Shown: positions 14,311-28,736 of the stretch, piece after piece
How positions within the stretch are numbered: the stretch's first letter is position 1
Layout: each line of letters opens with the position of its first letter
From: Octopus sinensis
Taxonomy: Eukaryota
DNA: 64,000 nucleotides
Direction of reading: 5' to 3'
Assembly: GCF_006345805.1 (NCBI RefSeq)
Contig: NC_043000.1
Span: 51,088,001-51,152,000 of the forward strand
Translations under genes and position numbers: made by a program
Notes under the pieces: model-generated
Databases searched by the model: none
The model's input: only the letters and a program-made list of their open reading frames with translations
Told to the model about the DNA's origin: nothing

Positions 14311-14744
14311 AGTGAGGGATTTAAATATCCAGTACTCTTCACATAAAGTTTTATGTTGATAGTTGCTCTGCAGCAAGTTTCACAGAGATGCCTTTGTTAC
14401 TGTCATGCAGTGAACTAATGATTGACCCACTGGATACCTGCTTCTAACATCACTGTCGTTGTTTACAAACTGAAATATATAAAATCCCTAAATACTATGT
14501 GAAATTATTTATGATTGACCATTAAGAACAAGATATTGATTTAGAAGGATCAAGAAACCAGGTGACTATTCTGTGACTAAAGGATAGTTTTAGTTGAACA
14601 CATTCTGTTTCAATGAAGATCATTTTTATTACAATCATTATCACCAAAGTTTGTTTTTCTATGTACTTGTGCCATATTTCATGCAGTAATTAATTTATTA
14701 ATATGATTAGCTAAATTCAAAGTAGTGTTTTTACACCCAAATAT

Positions 14745-14958
14745 GTTTCAAGTTTTGACAAAAGGCCAGCAATTTCAAGGGAAATGTATAAGTTGATTAT
14801 ATTGACCCCATTGATGAACTGGTACTTATTTTATTGACCCCCAAAGGCATGAAAGTCAAAGTTAACAAAGGCATTTCAACTCAGAATGTGAAGTTGGACA
14901 AATTACCTCTAAACATTTTATCTGGCATGCTAATGGTTCTGCTGGCTCACAATCTTGC
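14745..14958 (-). mobile_element. SINE family A with 15-bp target-site duplication
   Basis: Colinear with 43149-43362. TSD TTTACACCCAA(A/G)TAT at 14730-14744 and 14959-14973. Confidence 0.85.
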
Positions 14959-17498
14959 TTTACACCCAAGTATTAAAAGGATCAATCAATTGACAGATTG
15001 ACAAATTTTGAATATAGTAACTAATTTAGTATAAAGAGAGGGTTAATGATGTATTTTGATAAAGAAAAATAACTGCTTTATCTTGGTGTTGCAAGTATTG
15101 TGTTCAGTATAGGCCTATAAATTAGTTCTGATATAATTTCTAATTATCACTGAAGAAGATAAATGTAATGAGCAGTAAACTAATTTACTCAGTCATACAC
15201 CCACACACACACACACTGTATTGTCTTTAGGAATTACACTTTTTCAAATTTCCCTGTAATTTAACAGCTAACTATTATCATGTCACTTTAAATTTTCACT
15301 TCCATAACAGAAAAGCTTCATTACTTGTCAAATTCATACAGTTCATTCAGCCATTTATCATCAGTATGACAATAATATATTTGTTTCTATGGCAATAATT
15401 AAAAGTTATTCAATCTAAATAGTCTCTATATTGTTTCACATCTAACAACATGCCTTACTTGCTGTCTTTGAAATACTACTTGAAATGTATGAGTCACTCT
15501 TTCAGTCTTAGCTACTGACAGCCACTTGAAATCTATTGTCTTTTAATAAATTTGCTTAATCAGCAAGTTTTATTTTGCCAACTATTTGTAAGTGTTAACA
15601 CATAAATTATTAATAGTAATATTTCTCTTATGACAGGCAATTTGATTTATTCTCTGGAAAAGATACTCTTAAACATCTACCTACTCTATATTTGTTCTCT
15701 ATTGAAATTATCATAAGAAATGCTTTAATATCTAAGTTGAACCTAGATGAATGACACTGTATTCTGCAGAATTCTCCAGTGTTATATGAAATCAGTGAAA
15801 AATTCATCAGAAAGATATGTCCTACTCCTTTTATTTTGGAATATCTTAAATAATGATATTTGGATGATAAAAGTTGAATCATAAAGAGTTAGAAGCACAG
15901 TAAATAAGAAACATTTTACAAACTTTCAATGCAAGATTAAATTGACTATAAAATTATGATAAAATTTGTATTCCAGTGACTTCAAAAGCTTAATGACAAA
16001 TTATTTTAGAATTTAAAAAAATTGTTTTTACACATTCTTCCAGCAGTACCATATATATGGTTTAATATAATGAACCAATCTGAATTGTCATTTGATCACA
16101 GAATATGCCACTTACAGAGATACCTTTCTTTGGTTTTTGTCTTGAATCTGCTCCCAAAACTATATAAAAGTGTAGATACTTATATATATATATTAAAGAT
16201 AAAAGGAAAAGACAGAATGTTCCATCAAAAAAATTTATATTACCATAACAATTGTTTCATCTTCAAGATGCACTGCTTGCTGGGACTTATCCTGAAATAA
16301 GGTTTTGATACTGTGTTTAACACATATTTTCTTAACCCTAATTTTTTAAACTGTATTTGACTTAAACCAATACTAAACTTTTTCTTATATCAAATTTTTT
16401 TCTTTCATAAATATGGAAAAAATCTAAGTTATATTCTCTTTCTAGGATTAAATTATATATTAACCATATGGGAATGGCAAATATTTTATGGAACAGTAAT
16501 TGTACCTGCAGAACACTTTTTTATCCTAAATATTGCTGTAGCAGATCTTAAAGAATCTACTTTAATTTTGAAGAGAAATAAACCACTTTAAGCCGTTTAT
16601 TTAAAAAACACTAGCTATTACAGATCAGAATATCTTTTTCAAAAGCAAAGAATTTCACTGAAGACCATATACATACGATTTTATTTGAGAAGAGAACCAT
16701 GTTATGGAAGGAAAACACTATTCTGTTACTGCAATAAATCTATTTGATATTAATGTACAGAATTTCTTGCTCCATTTATTTTTTTTCTTTTATACATGTG
16801 CAGATTAAACTAAATTGTAAGATACTCAGATACATTATGATTTAGAATTTAAGCAATTCTTATTCATCTAAATAATTTCTAATTTCTCATAAGAATAATA
16901 ATGATTTGTAACATTAACAAAATTTTGATTTCTGACATTTTCATAAGAATAATTTTCTTTTATTTGTAATATATTTTGATGTGATTATATTGAGTTTAAA
17001 TGTTTTATTTTAACTATGAAATATTATGTTAAAAGCAATACCATTTTTAAATCTAGCAAAATTGTTTTTAAAATTTTGCTACATTTGACAAAATTCTGAA
17101 TATTGTACCTTGATATCTCACTGATCAAATATAAATAAATTGAAATGAGCTATTATTAAAATTCAATTACTTATAATGTTTTTCTATTAAACTTCCATTG
17201 ATCAGTAATGTTTTAGTTAAACTGGAAAAAGTTAATCCATATAATTATTTTCTGAGCTCAGTACATCATTATATTTTTACTATTTCTAATTGTCTTCACT
17301 ATACAATTAATAATCATGTAATGGATATCTTTTACAAATTTTAAATTAAAAAAAAAGCAACATGCATTGAGTCTAACTCATAGAACTCTTCAATATAGAT
17401 AAAATTTCATATATCCATGAGATCTCTCCAATCACCAGTGAATAATTTCTGTTTTTTTCATTCTTGAATGTCATTTACATGATATGTGTTTCTTGCAG

Positions 17499-17546
17499 CA
17501 AAGGAAAATTGCTTAACTTATGAAAGCAACTATCCAAAAACCAGAG
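17499..17546 (+). CDS. Candidate 48-nt phase 1-1 internal exon, frame-compatible with 11475-11547
   Basis: tgtgtttcttgcag|CAAAGG...CCAGAG|gtaaaa. Open frame (A)KENCLTYESNYPKTR. Supported by splice signals only. Confidence 0.25.
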
Positions 17547-18454
17547 GTAAAAAATTGGTCAGTTTTATAGCATTCTAAAGTTGAGCAATTATGTTTACAA
17601 TTGTATTATTTATCCACTCCTTAGATTCATATATTGAACATACACAATATACTGAGTTCATAAGAGTTTGCACTTATTTTAGTGCAAGTAATCTGCATAT
17701 GTAATGAGAGTAGCACCAATAGAACATATTAGATATATATGCAGATAAAAAAAGGAATATATAAATACAGAATATAGAGTTCAATGAGAAATATTTGTGT
17801 ATAAATATATAGTGATGCTATTTAATTAGTTGATAATATCAGGCAAATATAAAATTTATTTTCTAAGAAACAAGAAACAAAAGACATTTAAATATAGTTA
17901 AAGAAAAAATATTCCCTTGTTATTCATAATGAAAAAAAATATGCATAGTAAGAATGTAATTCAATATTATTTACTATTTATCTAAATTACACCATGGATA
18001 ATTAAAATTTAATTTTGAAATTATCATTCTTTTTAAAGCTCAATTTAGTTTTGATAAATATTTAACTATTTTTCACACTTAACCAGCACAGAGGAAGTAT
18101 ATGTGAAAATTTAATTTGAAAATATTCAGTACATTTAGCTTTTAGCTGGTGTTTTTCTTGTAAAAAATATCTTATGATTTTATATTTAAAAATACAAATT
18201 TAGTGTTTATCTATTTTTTGCATGCATGTTTGTCTCCTTGTGCATTTGTATTTTATGTGTGTTTATAAAATTGTTTTTATTGTTGAGTGTACATGATGGT
18301 ATGGATGTAAGTTTGGATGAGTTCATAAAACTATCTGTTTTCAAGAAATTTTCCGCAGTTGCTTCACAAACTGTGACATCTCAAAAATAAACTGTCTTCC
18401 TGGAATTAGCATACATTTGTCTTTGTTTGGCATCTTATCAGTTGTGTTGAGCAC

Positions 18455-18610
18455 TAGTGGGTGGTCTGTTAAAGGAGTTTGATTTGTAACCACATAATTC
18501 TGGGTTTGATTGCACAGCAGATTGGCAAGTAACTTTTCCTGCAGCCTCAAACTGACTGGGATTTGTTAATGTAGAAGCTATTCATGGGAATGTGTAAGTG
18601 TGTATGTATG
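18455..18610 (+). mobile_element. Decayed SINE family B head
   Basis: AACCACATAATTCTGGGTTTGATT...GGCAAGT...GCAGCCTC matches the family B head and core. Confidence 0.45.
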
Positions 18611-20611
18611 TAAATTTTTATCAATGAAAGATATCAATGCCAATATGCAAACCTACAGAGTACTAATCTTTGAATGAAGTCCATTACTGTATTTATTCTC
18701 CACCAATTTACAAATAATACTCCCTCATTAGTCAGACCATCAGCTCTACTGTGTACCTATGAGGGGTCCATTTAAAACAAGTAACTATGCTATTGTTCTT
18801 CAATTGTAATATTAAATAGAATAAAAAACGGCTCTTAAAGTCTGAAAGGGAGGAACATGCAAGCTTTCAACTACAGATTTTCCAACTGAGAGTCTATCAT
18901 ATCCTTATTGCTAAAATTTCTGTTTCCTGAATGTAGTTCTATAATTCAGTGCATTCTATAGCATGAATATGTTTTACACACTAGCTAATATTTAGACTTA
19001 AATTGCAATCTTTCAATCACCTTGATACTTAAATGTACATTTAGGCTAAAATGGAAGGAGTTGAATAATTTCTGTTTTCTTTCCATTATGCTAAACACAT
19101 CTTGGATACATGCATCTTATTAAAAGAGGCTTGTGACTCCTAGAGTGTAATATTTACTGAATAATAGGATGTAGCCTTAGACAAAAGTCTTCTAATAAGA
19201 AATGTGGTCACTTACATGCAATGTATTCATAAATCTTGTTCAGAAAGAAAGAGCTGTCCTCTTCCTCTCATTTTTACTAAATATTTTGTTATATGTAAAT
19301 ATACATGAGATCCTGCATCATTTTTGCTTTTACCCCATCAATTTTATCAGTAGAATATGATTGTGAATGAATTCAGCATAAATTCTGCTTAGAATAAATG
19401 TCTGAATTTATACTGGCAAGGATCTGTTTCGTTACAATCCAATAATCAATAGATTTGAGATGAAACATCAGGAGAGTATGTTTGCTTTTCATTATTTCTA
19501 ATTACTTCCATATAAGTATTTCATCATTATAGAATATTGATCCAAAAAGAGATTAAACTGCATCAACTACTGTTACAGAAAAGAAAAGTAGTTATTTTTA
19601 ATGATTGCATAAAAATAATATTTAAAAATGATATTCTTAAACCAAGTTTAATTTCTCTTTTCAACACAAGATTAATTTCTACTAGGCTTATGCATTCACA
19701 TTTTAACATTGCATGTAGTATGTCACTATATTTGTGTATATCTGTTTTTACATTTATTTATGTGTGTCTCTTAGTTATATGTATGTGAGCATTTGTGCTT
19801 GCATATCTGTGTCAATGGAAAATATCTGACAAAGTGAAAGATAAATATAAATATAATGAAAATTAAAATAAATGAAGTGAAAATGAAATTGTAAATCAGA
19901 ATCAGAACTATACATTTTTTATGGAAAAAATAATCAAAATCGTTTCATAAAGAAACACACCGCTTGTTACGAAATTAGATTTTTAAAGCAAAACATCAAA
20001 AATAAATATTTTCTTCACATCAGTATTTTGCATAATTTGTTTCTTTTTAGAATTCGAACAGGATTAATTATCTATCAACAGAAAATGTTATGATTTCAAT
20101 TTTCTAATATTTTCTAATATTCTATAAAACAAAATCATAAATTTCTTTCAATAACTTAACTTATTTATCCGGCAATGTAATACATACATGACAGTGTTTT
20201 AGTTGAATTTTTCCAGTTGTATGTAAAGTTTCTCAGTAATTAACCTTACTACTTTTTCTTTAATTTTGTGAATTGAAAATTTTTAATTAGAAGTATTGAT
20301 AGGTATGAAATTCCTCAAATGTTGACTTCTTGAATGAGTCAGAAGAAACATTTATGAGAATATTAATAAATATGTTTCATATTTTTCATATATTACAATA
20401 TTTTGCATTAAATAACTTAAATGTTTTGACATATTTATTTAAGTATAAATCTCTTGGGAAGAAATTCTCAATAAAATATCTGATTATACTTATTTCATAT
20501 GTGACTTTTTTAAAAATCGTTTTAATGACTTTATTATGAGAACTAGAGTTCTGTTCAAACAAGTAACAGAGATTTATAGGAAATACTTGTAATATCAGTT
20601 GTGTGTATGCC

Positions 20612-21010
20612 GGTACCTGCATGTCTGTGTGATTAAGAGGTTTCCTTCCCAGTCATATTGGCTTGGGCTAGGTCCCACTGCATGGCACCTTGAGCAAGTG
20701 TTGCATCAACTGCTATAACCCCAGGCAGACCAAGGACTTGTAAGTGGATTTGGTAGACGACAGAAGCTTGTGTGTGTGCATGTGTTGACATCATGTAATA
20801 GTTTCAGATGATCATCATTATCATTATAAAAGGCTGTTTGTTTCTGGCCTTCTGTGGAAAACATAACTCACTATGAGAAAATATTACCTTGGTTGAAATC
20901 AGTTGAGAGATGGCAACAATAAGGGCAAGCCAGCCATAATATATCTGTCTTAACACATTCCATCTGAACCATGCAAAAATGGAAAAGTAAATGATAAAAA
21001 ATGATGACGA
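20612..21010 (+). mobile_element. Composite SINE: family B head, TG tract, GGCAAC..AAGGGC tail ending in GATGA repeats
   Basis: GTCCCACTGCATGGCACCTTGAGCAAGTG...GTGGATTTGGTAGACG as in 55868. The 3' part resembles 29150-29320 and 49135-49270. Confidence 0.75.
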
Positions 21011-21309
21011 GGTACCTTACAATCTCTTTTGAATGTTGCTGTATAATGTAAGATATATATTTAGTTTCATGAATATATCTGGATATTGTAAGAGCATGTT
21101 CAGTTTGGGTATAAACCTTAAACTACCAAAAACTTTTTAATAGTTTAAAATATCTTTATTTTCTTAAGAGAGAAAATATCAGTTCTTGAAGAAACTATCA
21201 CACACGTACGTTTAAGATGTTTAAAATCTTTTGTACCTTATCGTATCTTAGGTTCATTTGACTTTAGAGCTTGTTTATTTTTATATTACTTGAAAAAAAA
21301 AGGAATTAT

Positions 21310-21510
21310 GGAAACGCACCTGCATAGCTAGTGACCTGATCTGAGATTGTGTGCTGAAGCAAAAACAATTGCAGCATGGAAGTGCTTATAAGCCATTTAA
21401 AAACATACAGAAACTGTTAGATTCACTTCAACATTTAAATCTAATTTGCTAAAATATTTTCATCACTTTGAGACCGCGACCTATTCACTGACAAAATTCT
21501 AAGCTGCAGG
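21310..21510 (-). mobile_element. Interspersed repeat (probably Penelope-like terminal region) with hammerhead-shaped scaffold
   Basis: Alignable to both arms of the 28020-28351 foldback. Three-stem motif on the minus strand at 21445-21495. Confidence 0.55.
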
Positions 21511-22529
21511 ATTCTTCTAAAATTTGATGATTTTGTGCATACCTATGTTACATAACTGATTCTAAGTTTACTAACAATTCCAATGTGTTGGATGGGAAGA
21601 GTCTTTGATTAAATAACATCCAGCTTACCTTCTAATAATAATCATTGTATTTTCACAATGATTTGAATATCTATGGTTTGGCAGTGATGATTATATAGGA
21701 TCTACTTTCTTCTGTTTTAAATGTTTAATACCAACCTCATTTGATGTATGAAATATGTGTTAGCTGTCTATCTTTGTGTGTGTACATTTGTGTATGTAGT
21801 ATATGGTTTTTCTTTATAAGAAGTAAGAGGAAAAGTATGCAGTACATAATGTGGAGTATAATAATATCTCTTCAGGTGATATCTTCTACTATTACTTTAA
21901 GTTTTACAATTGTTTGATCTCTCAGATGACCATATTGGTGTGCAATGAAAGATATTAAATTCAAACTGGCACTGAAATTTCATTGGTTGACACAGATCAT
22001 TACTTGAAAAGAGTATATATATTTTGTAAGACAGACAACTGTATTTGGCTTGTTAGTAAAAGTCATTATTTAGCTCTTGACTGCCTATTTCTTATTGGCT
22101 TTCTTGGTACCCCTTGTGTGTGTATATGTGTGTGTGTATGTGTGTGTATATTGTGATGTCATGTTTGAAAGTAGAGGCAATGCCACTGAGTGAATTAACC
22201 AAAATGAGAAGACTTAAAATCCTGCTGCTAGTGTTCTATACTTATCTGACTGCATCTCAATTAATTCTGACTACCACAAGGACAGGTCTTAATTTTCATA
22301 CATACCTGTATAAGCAAGTGAAACTACTCTTTGTAGATTATTAATTTAAAGAATCCCTTAATTGTCACTAACTGTGATTCTGTTATTATCCAGAACATAC
22401 CATTATAGAAGAGAATTCTTTTAGTGGAAGAATAGAAAAGTAGTACTTTGATTTTATTATTGAGTAAAAAAATTTGTCTGAATTTCTGAAACAAAAGATA
22501 AGCATTATCAACTGGTATATTTGGACTAA

Positions 22530-23310
22530 TGCCCTCATCTTGGTTGTTGCAGTCATGGCATTTCAGCCTTTATACCTTGCAGCCTTTTGCAAGTACCTGT
22601 CATACAATCCAGTGTTCTGAGAAGATTGGCATAGACCCTTTATTAAATCCATAAGTGTAGATTTCTTTCATTCCATTGTCCATACTTGGATGATTATTTT
22701 ATAAGTCATCCTTCTACTGAGAATACATTGTTCAACTAAATCAGAGATTGAGCTCACTCACACCCATTAACTAAACTACTGTTCATAAACAACTCTTATA
22801 TTCACTATTCTATTGTCTCATTGGACAAATTAAGTAATGAATGGAGTATTAAACCCATCTTTTTCATCGTTTTAGGCTGAATGTTATTTCATAATTAAAG
22901 GCTCCCTTGGTATTTATCTCTATGCTAGGACTACTGAAATTATCAAAGTGCTACTTTTGTGCTGAGTCTTTCAGTCATTTTAGCCTCCAGTGTTGTTCCT
23001 TATTTATTATCTTGACTTTATTCTACAAGGGTTGGTGACTTTCCTTTTCCTTCCACAAATAATAAACCATACCTGACTTTAAGTGGGTGATTGATCATGT
23101 CTTTATACTCACAGCCATTACTGCATGAGGTGGAATACACACAATTTTTGCTCATCATCTCTTCTGTTGAAGGTTTTATTGAAGAGTGATTCACTTGATG
23201 AGTACACCTGCTTTTAAATATGTCCTGATATTGTATGGACTGCAAATCTGAATTTTTTGATGTGCTTCTAATGGAAAGCTGACAGATTATGGCTCTTGCT
23301 ATGATTCATG
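22530..23310 (-). mobile_element. Very old LINE remnant, possibly RLE-type (R4/Dong-like) C-terminus
   Basis: Frameshifted minus-strand EEM..IV...EYK-RHDQ resembles the CCHC-region motif E.T..HI...C...EY..RHD. Many stops. Confidence 0.3.
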
Positions 23311-24235
23311 ATAAACAGAAATTGGATCCTTGATTTGGGATTATACTACTATTCTGGCAGATAACCTAAAGGGGTTCTTGTCATTCTATGTAAAAACAAC
23401 AGGCTTCCATTTAGAGATTGATTTATATCGACATCAAAACAATTTAGCTGTTATCTTCAATGATAGTAAACACATATATTGTTTATTTTAAGGAAGTGGC
23501 TCTAGGAATGATATCCTTAAATCAAAAATGTGACTGAAATATATAGATGATAACTTCATACTCTGGCTTGATGAGGAATGAGAACTAGTACAGCTGGGCT
23601 ATGAGAACTCAATAGATTTTCAATACAATTCACAAATGAAAAAGAAAAGATCCATGAACTAACCTTGAACACAGTTGTAAAAGAAACACAGACTGTGGAT
23701 TGACAATATCTATATATCGTAAGTGCTTAAATTTAGATTACCTCTATTCATATAAAAGGAATAGTCTATGGGCAAAACTCAGATAAATTTCAGCTAGCAT
23801 CAGCTTTTAAGGGCAGTGATATAACGGTCAAGAATTTAAGTAAAACATCTTCCAGATGTGAGCTACTTTACATAGAGGTACATCAGAAAAATGCAGAAGA
23901 TCTGTGAATAATGGTATAAGAGAATCGGTCAGTCATGAGTGTAGCTCATCTTATGCTGTGGACAATTGTTTATAGAAACAGAAAAGGATGTCAAAGAAGA
24001 AATGTGTGTATTGATTATATATTGATAACTCCTATGTATCTCTTATATCTTCATTTTAGTTGGTGATATTTCTCACTCCTTGCTCCTTTTTTTTTTTTTT
24101 TGCTTAATTTCCACATTTGTAACAAACAACATAGCTTGTTTGTTTCACCATTCTGCCAGTTTTATTTTTATTTTTTTAGGCTTTCTGCTTTTTTAATTAC
24201 TATTTTGTCAATATGTCTGCTACATATTTTGTAAT

Positions 24236-24266
<31 letters not shown>

Positions 24267-27200
24267 TATATATATATATATGTGTACACTTATGTGTGTG
24301 TGTATGCAAACATTGCTAAATACATGTATAGTTGAATTTATATGATCAAGTATAAACTCATCCAAACTACATGATAAATTACTGTCTGAATTAAAGTAAC
24401 GTTCATAGCTGTCTAATGTCAAGTTACGATAAAAACAATTCAACAAAAGTGTTAATTAACATTGAGATTGTTAAAAAAGACACAATATTGCTGAATATTT
24501 AAAGAAAGTAGATGCCATAACACCTGTACAGCCTAATGCTGAGTATTACAGACTTCATTAGTTCAAACTCATTTAGTTTTAATGGATAAGCATTACTACA
24601 GTTATAATAATAATTCGAAGTACTTAATGTCAAGTAGTTATTGTCATGTTTGCATGTTGTAATGAGTTCCATTAGAGCAGTAATGATCTGCATTATGTAC
24701 TCAATTTAGATATAACAAACTTTTATATAAATTTATGATCTATCTGTTAGATATGCTGGATCAGGTTTATTCAAACACTAAATCATCTGCCCAGGTCCAA
24801 TTTAATTCAGATTAGTTTGCCTGTTGTAAGTAAATGTCCATTGAGTGATACTTTTATACTTTATATAGCCTGCTTCAGTAAGCGTTACTCAGATGTATAT
24901 AAGCTTACAATCTATAATATAAATTACAAGTAAGATTATGCTATGTCTGTAAACTTTACATCTAATTTTCTTCATGTGCGTATTTCTTTAGACTGTGAAG
25001 TAATATCGTTGAAAAACACTATTGTTTTCTCCCAAAACAAATTTTACTGTTAAATTACATATTCTTGCATTTTTATCACAACGATGTCAATGTCTTGAAA
25101 AGTTTTAGTGATATAGGAATGGAGGAACACTGGAAATTTTGAGTTCAAGTAGATGCTGTAAAGAGATACTCAGGAATAAAATTATAAGTCTTTAGTCAAT
25201 GACATCAGTTTTAGACATGAAAGATGTTTCAGTATTTACAAATATATAGAGTTTCGCTCTTTGATCATCATGTGTTCCATTTTTGAATGCATACACAATA
25301 CCAAATTAGATACAAAAGATTTACAATTCAGATATCACATCTGAAATTCTTAAATGAAATAAACAAAAGTCCCTAGTTAATTTAACAGAAAAATATAATA
25401 AATCACACCAAATTCTCAACACAATAAAGACATATTCACATTAGTGCTTCTCAACCTTTTTCTTCCCATGCTCTACTCTCAATTCAAACAAAAAATAAAA
25501 GAAAAAAGATAAGATGTATGCTACACCATCAGTAAACAAAGTTATATAGCAGTTGAATTTTTAAAACTATTGTAAGTTGTATTTACTTCTTGCTTACACT
25601 TCATTCTGAAGGAAGCCACACTCCTCCAAAATATTGCCACATTCAACTAGTGCCATTTGGCACTTCTCTAAATCCAACATTTTGCACCAAAGTAAAATTT
25701 AAAGCATTAACCAAAGCTACTCAATTGTGAAATACAATAAGCAATATTAGAGACTCAAAACTTCCCCAACAGATTTCTTTGATTAGAGTAACAGATGAAT
25801 GTAAAATGCCAAAAATAAAATACACACAGAAATAAGTCTTTAAAGCTTACTAACCTTGAGCCAAATCAAGTTATAACAGTTCACATTCAAAGGTTACTGT
25901 TGCAAGGAACTCAAGATTTGTGTCAGCATTCAGTTTCGATATACTATAAGGTTTACATGTATTGAGCACTTTCTCTCTCAAACATATGCCAGAAATTCAA
26001 TGGTGTGTGTGTGCACACACACAATTATTACATCCATACATATAAAAAAAAAATGTGATATCTAATTATATATCAGTAAAGATGTTTTGCAACTTTGACA
26101 TTTACAACTAAATATTGTGAAAACATTACTTGAGAAAAGATGTTGATATTTAAAATCAGAAATAAAGAAATTTTATTTATATGACAAATGAATTTTATAC
26201 TCTTTCCGGTCTTACAATATTGCCAGTAACACATATTTTTATTGTCATTGATATGTTTAATTGGAAAAATTCTCGTATTACATATTATGAACTCTAACTG
26301 AACAGTAAGAATTTTCAGTTTTATAGGAACAGGATTATATAAAATTAGTTATTAAAATATATAAATCAATAGACTGAGAAATGTAACCAAATAAGACTAG
26401 TTCAGTTATAATTTTATTCTTTGTGTAACAATAGAATAATGTTTATAAAGAAAAAGCATGCTTTGAATATTTTAAGGTTTGATGTAATTATAGTAAATAA
26501 GAAATGTGAATAAAACAAGCTATACACTTTAAATATAAGCAATGTACAACATCATTAATGCTCCTCTATTAAAAATAATATGACTATGATTATGACTACA
26601 GTCATTTGAGCATTTATTACTTGGTAATAGAAAAATCAAACTGATCTCTAATATATTAAACTATTGTAATAACATTTTTATCTTCATAGCTTTCTTTCAT
26701 TGGTAACATTTTATAGTGTAATGTTATGGCATAAATCTATCACTATAGTTAGCTAAATTTGATATAAGTATACACATTTAGATTCGCACATATATACATA
26801 CACACACACATATATATACACACATGCATATATGCAAGGAAGATAGAAGACTAAGTTGGCTTAGTCATAATTGTCTTCTTTATTTTTAATTCTATTTTTG
26901 TACATAATTAGATGCACATATTTTTGTAATGCCCAACTTTTGTGTATATTCATAGGTCAAAAATAATATATTATAAAATACCCTTGCTCAAAATTGAATA
27001 AATGGAATATTAAAAAAAAAAATACAGCCCATGAACTTTACCTTCCTAAAATACCAAGGTTAAAATTTTTAAATAGTAACCAAGTAACTTTTAGAACATT
27101 TAACTCTTGAGAAAAATCTGGTGATCAACCAACCTCCACACCTATCTATGTACTTTTGTGAGCATTAAAGCATGAGATAAATGAATTACTATTCTAACAA

Positions 27201-27269
27201 TGCCATGACATGCTTGACTGATAACCTCCACCTTCTTCAAACAATCAGTTGAAGTCTCCTTAATAACAC

Positions 27270-27570
27270 AAACAAAGAGAAAAAAAAATCTGCTGACCAA
27301 CTAAACTTACATTGTTTTGTGAACTCTTAGAAATATCCATAACCTAACAGCTGACACATCTAAATAAACACTTATTTACATGGGACTAAACTCTGAACTT
27401 TAATCTTGACTTTCCCAAAGCAAAAGCTTTATCTCTCACTAATATCCAAATGAAAACAACCACTGCCTAGCTAACTCCTTCTATCCACCTACATTCTTTT
27501 GAGAACCCCTTAAAAACAAACCCATGACCTGAAGCTGATACACCTGATTGCAAAGTTCTACATGCATGAA
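27270..27570 (+). mobile_element. Highly decayed non-LTR reverse-transcriptase fragment
   Basis: Ordered relics KKSADQL, LDFPKA and EADTPDCKVL resemble ST.DQL, LDF.KAFD and AGVPQGSVL. Confidence 0.35.
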
Positions 27571-28019
27571 TAAATTCTGAATAACAACACAACCAGCAGC
27601 AAATTCATTAGAAATAACCTTACTCATTAATTTACTCACAAATTATAATAGAAAAAATGTTATTATACCCTGCTTGAAATTTGGTGGAATTGAGTGTGGA
27701 AGCACACCCAATGCAACAATCACCACTGAGCATAACCCCAAATTTATTCACTAAAGATTTTCCATGACACCTCATCATCATAACCTATACTACAACCTAA
27801 TTGTCATTCTACAGAGCTGAACTTACTTCCCCAAATTTTAACTTAATAGAGACTATATAAGTATCAAGATGAATTTAGATGTACCATAGTTTAATGATAG
27901 CATACTGGCATAAACTTCAAAGTCACTGTCACTATTATTTTTGTAAAAGAACAATAAATTTTTAGTCTACAATAAGTATTGAGTAACCCCTAAGTTTAAT
28001 GTAAATTTGTTTTCATTAT

Positions 28020-28351
28020 GAACAACTGCAGTGTGGAAGTTAGCTATTCAGAAACATGGAAAGACCGTTAGCTTCACTTAAACATTTATTGCTTGCAGTA
28101 TGGTGCCAAAATGTTCATTGCTTGAAACTGTGACCTGGTCCCTGATAAATGAGATGCAACACACGTTTGTCAGGAATCGGGTCACAGTTTACAGTGATGA
28201 AAATTTCGACACCATATTACAAACAATAAATGTTTAAGTGAAATTAACATCCTTTGTTCTTCGTGCATTTCTGAATGCTTAACCTGCATCATCGATGCTG
28301 CAACTGTTTTAGTTTCAACACACGATTTCAGATCAAAACATTTGCCATGCA
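28020..28351. repeat. Foldback: two inverted copies of the 21310-21510 repeat, about 10-nt spacer
   Basis: 28066-28150 (GTTAGCTTCACTTAAACATTTATTG...CCTGATAAAT) pairs with 28164-28248 (GTTTGTCAGG...CAATAAATGTTTAAGTGAAATTAAC). Looser pairing continues outward. Confidence 0.85.
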
Positions 28352-28690
28352 ATTACATTTCTGTTTTTATTACAACTCTAGTGTGTATGTAAGTGTGTAT
28401 GTAAGTATGTGTGTGTGTGTGTGTACATGTTTAAACATTTTCACACTCCAGAATCTCATCATCATTTTTATAATAGTGTAAATCATTCATTTTAAATTTC
28501 ATTGTTTTCATAGTTTTCATATTGGAATGCAGTGAGCAAAATATGGAACATTTTCCAAAATCCCTCCATCTTTTAAACTAATCATGAGGACAAGGTCAAC
28601 AGTTTTATAGCCTTGTAATGTCTTTTATTGCAAGTAGATGTAGTTCAGCATTGCAGAAATTGTAGCAGGTATTGAGAAAGATAACATATC

Positions 28691-28736
<46 letters not shown>

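Noticed and set aside
15381-15396. RFX X-box-like GTTTCTATGGCAAT (similar words near 11133 and 29419)
   Set aside because: Degenerate motif expected by chance; no promoter evidence.
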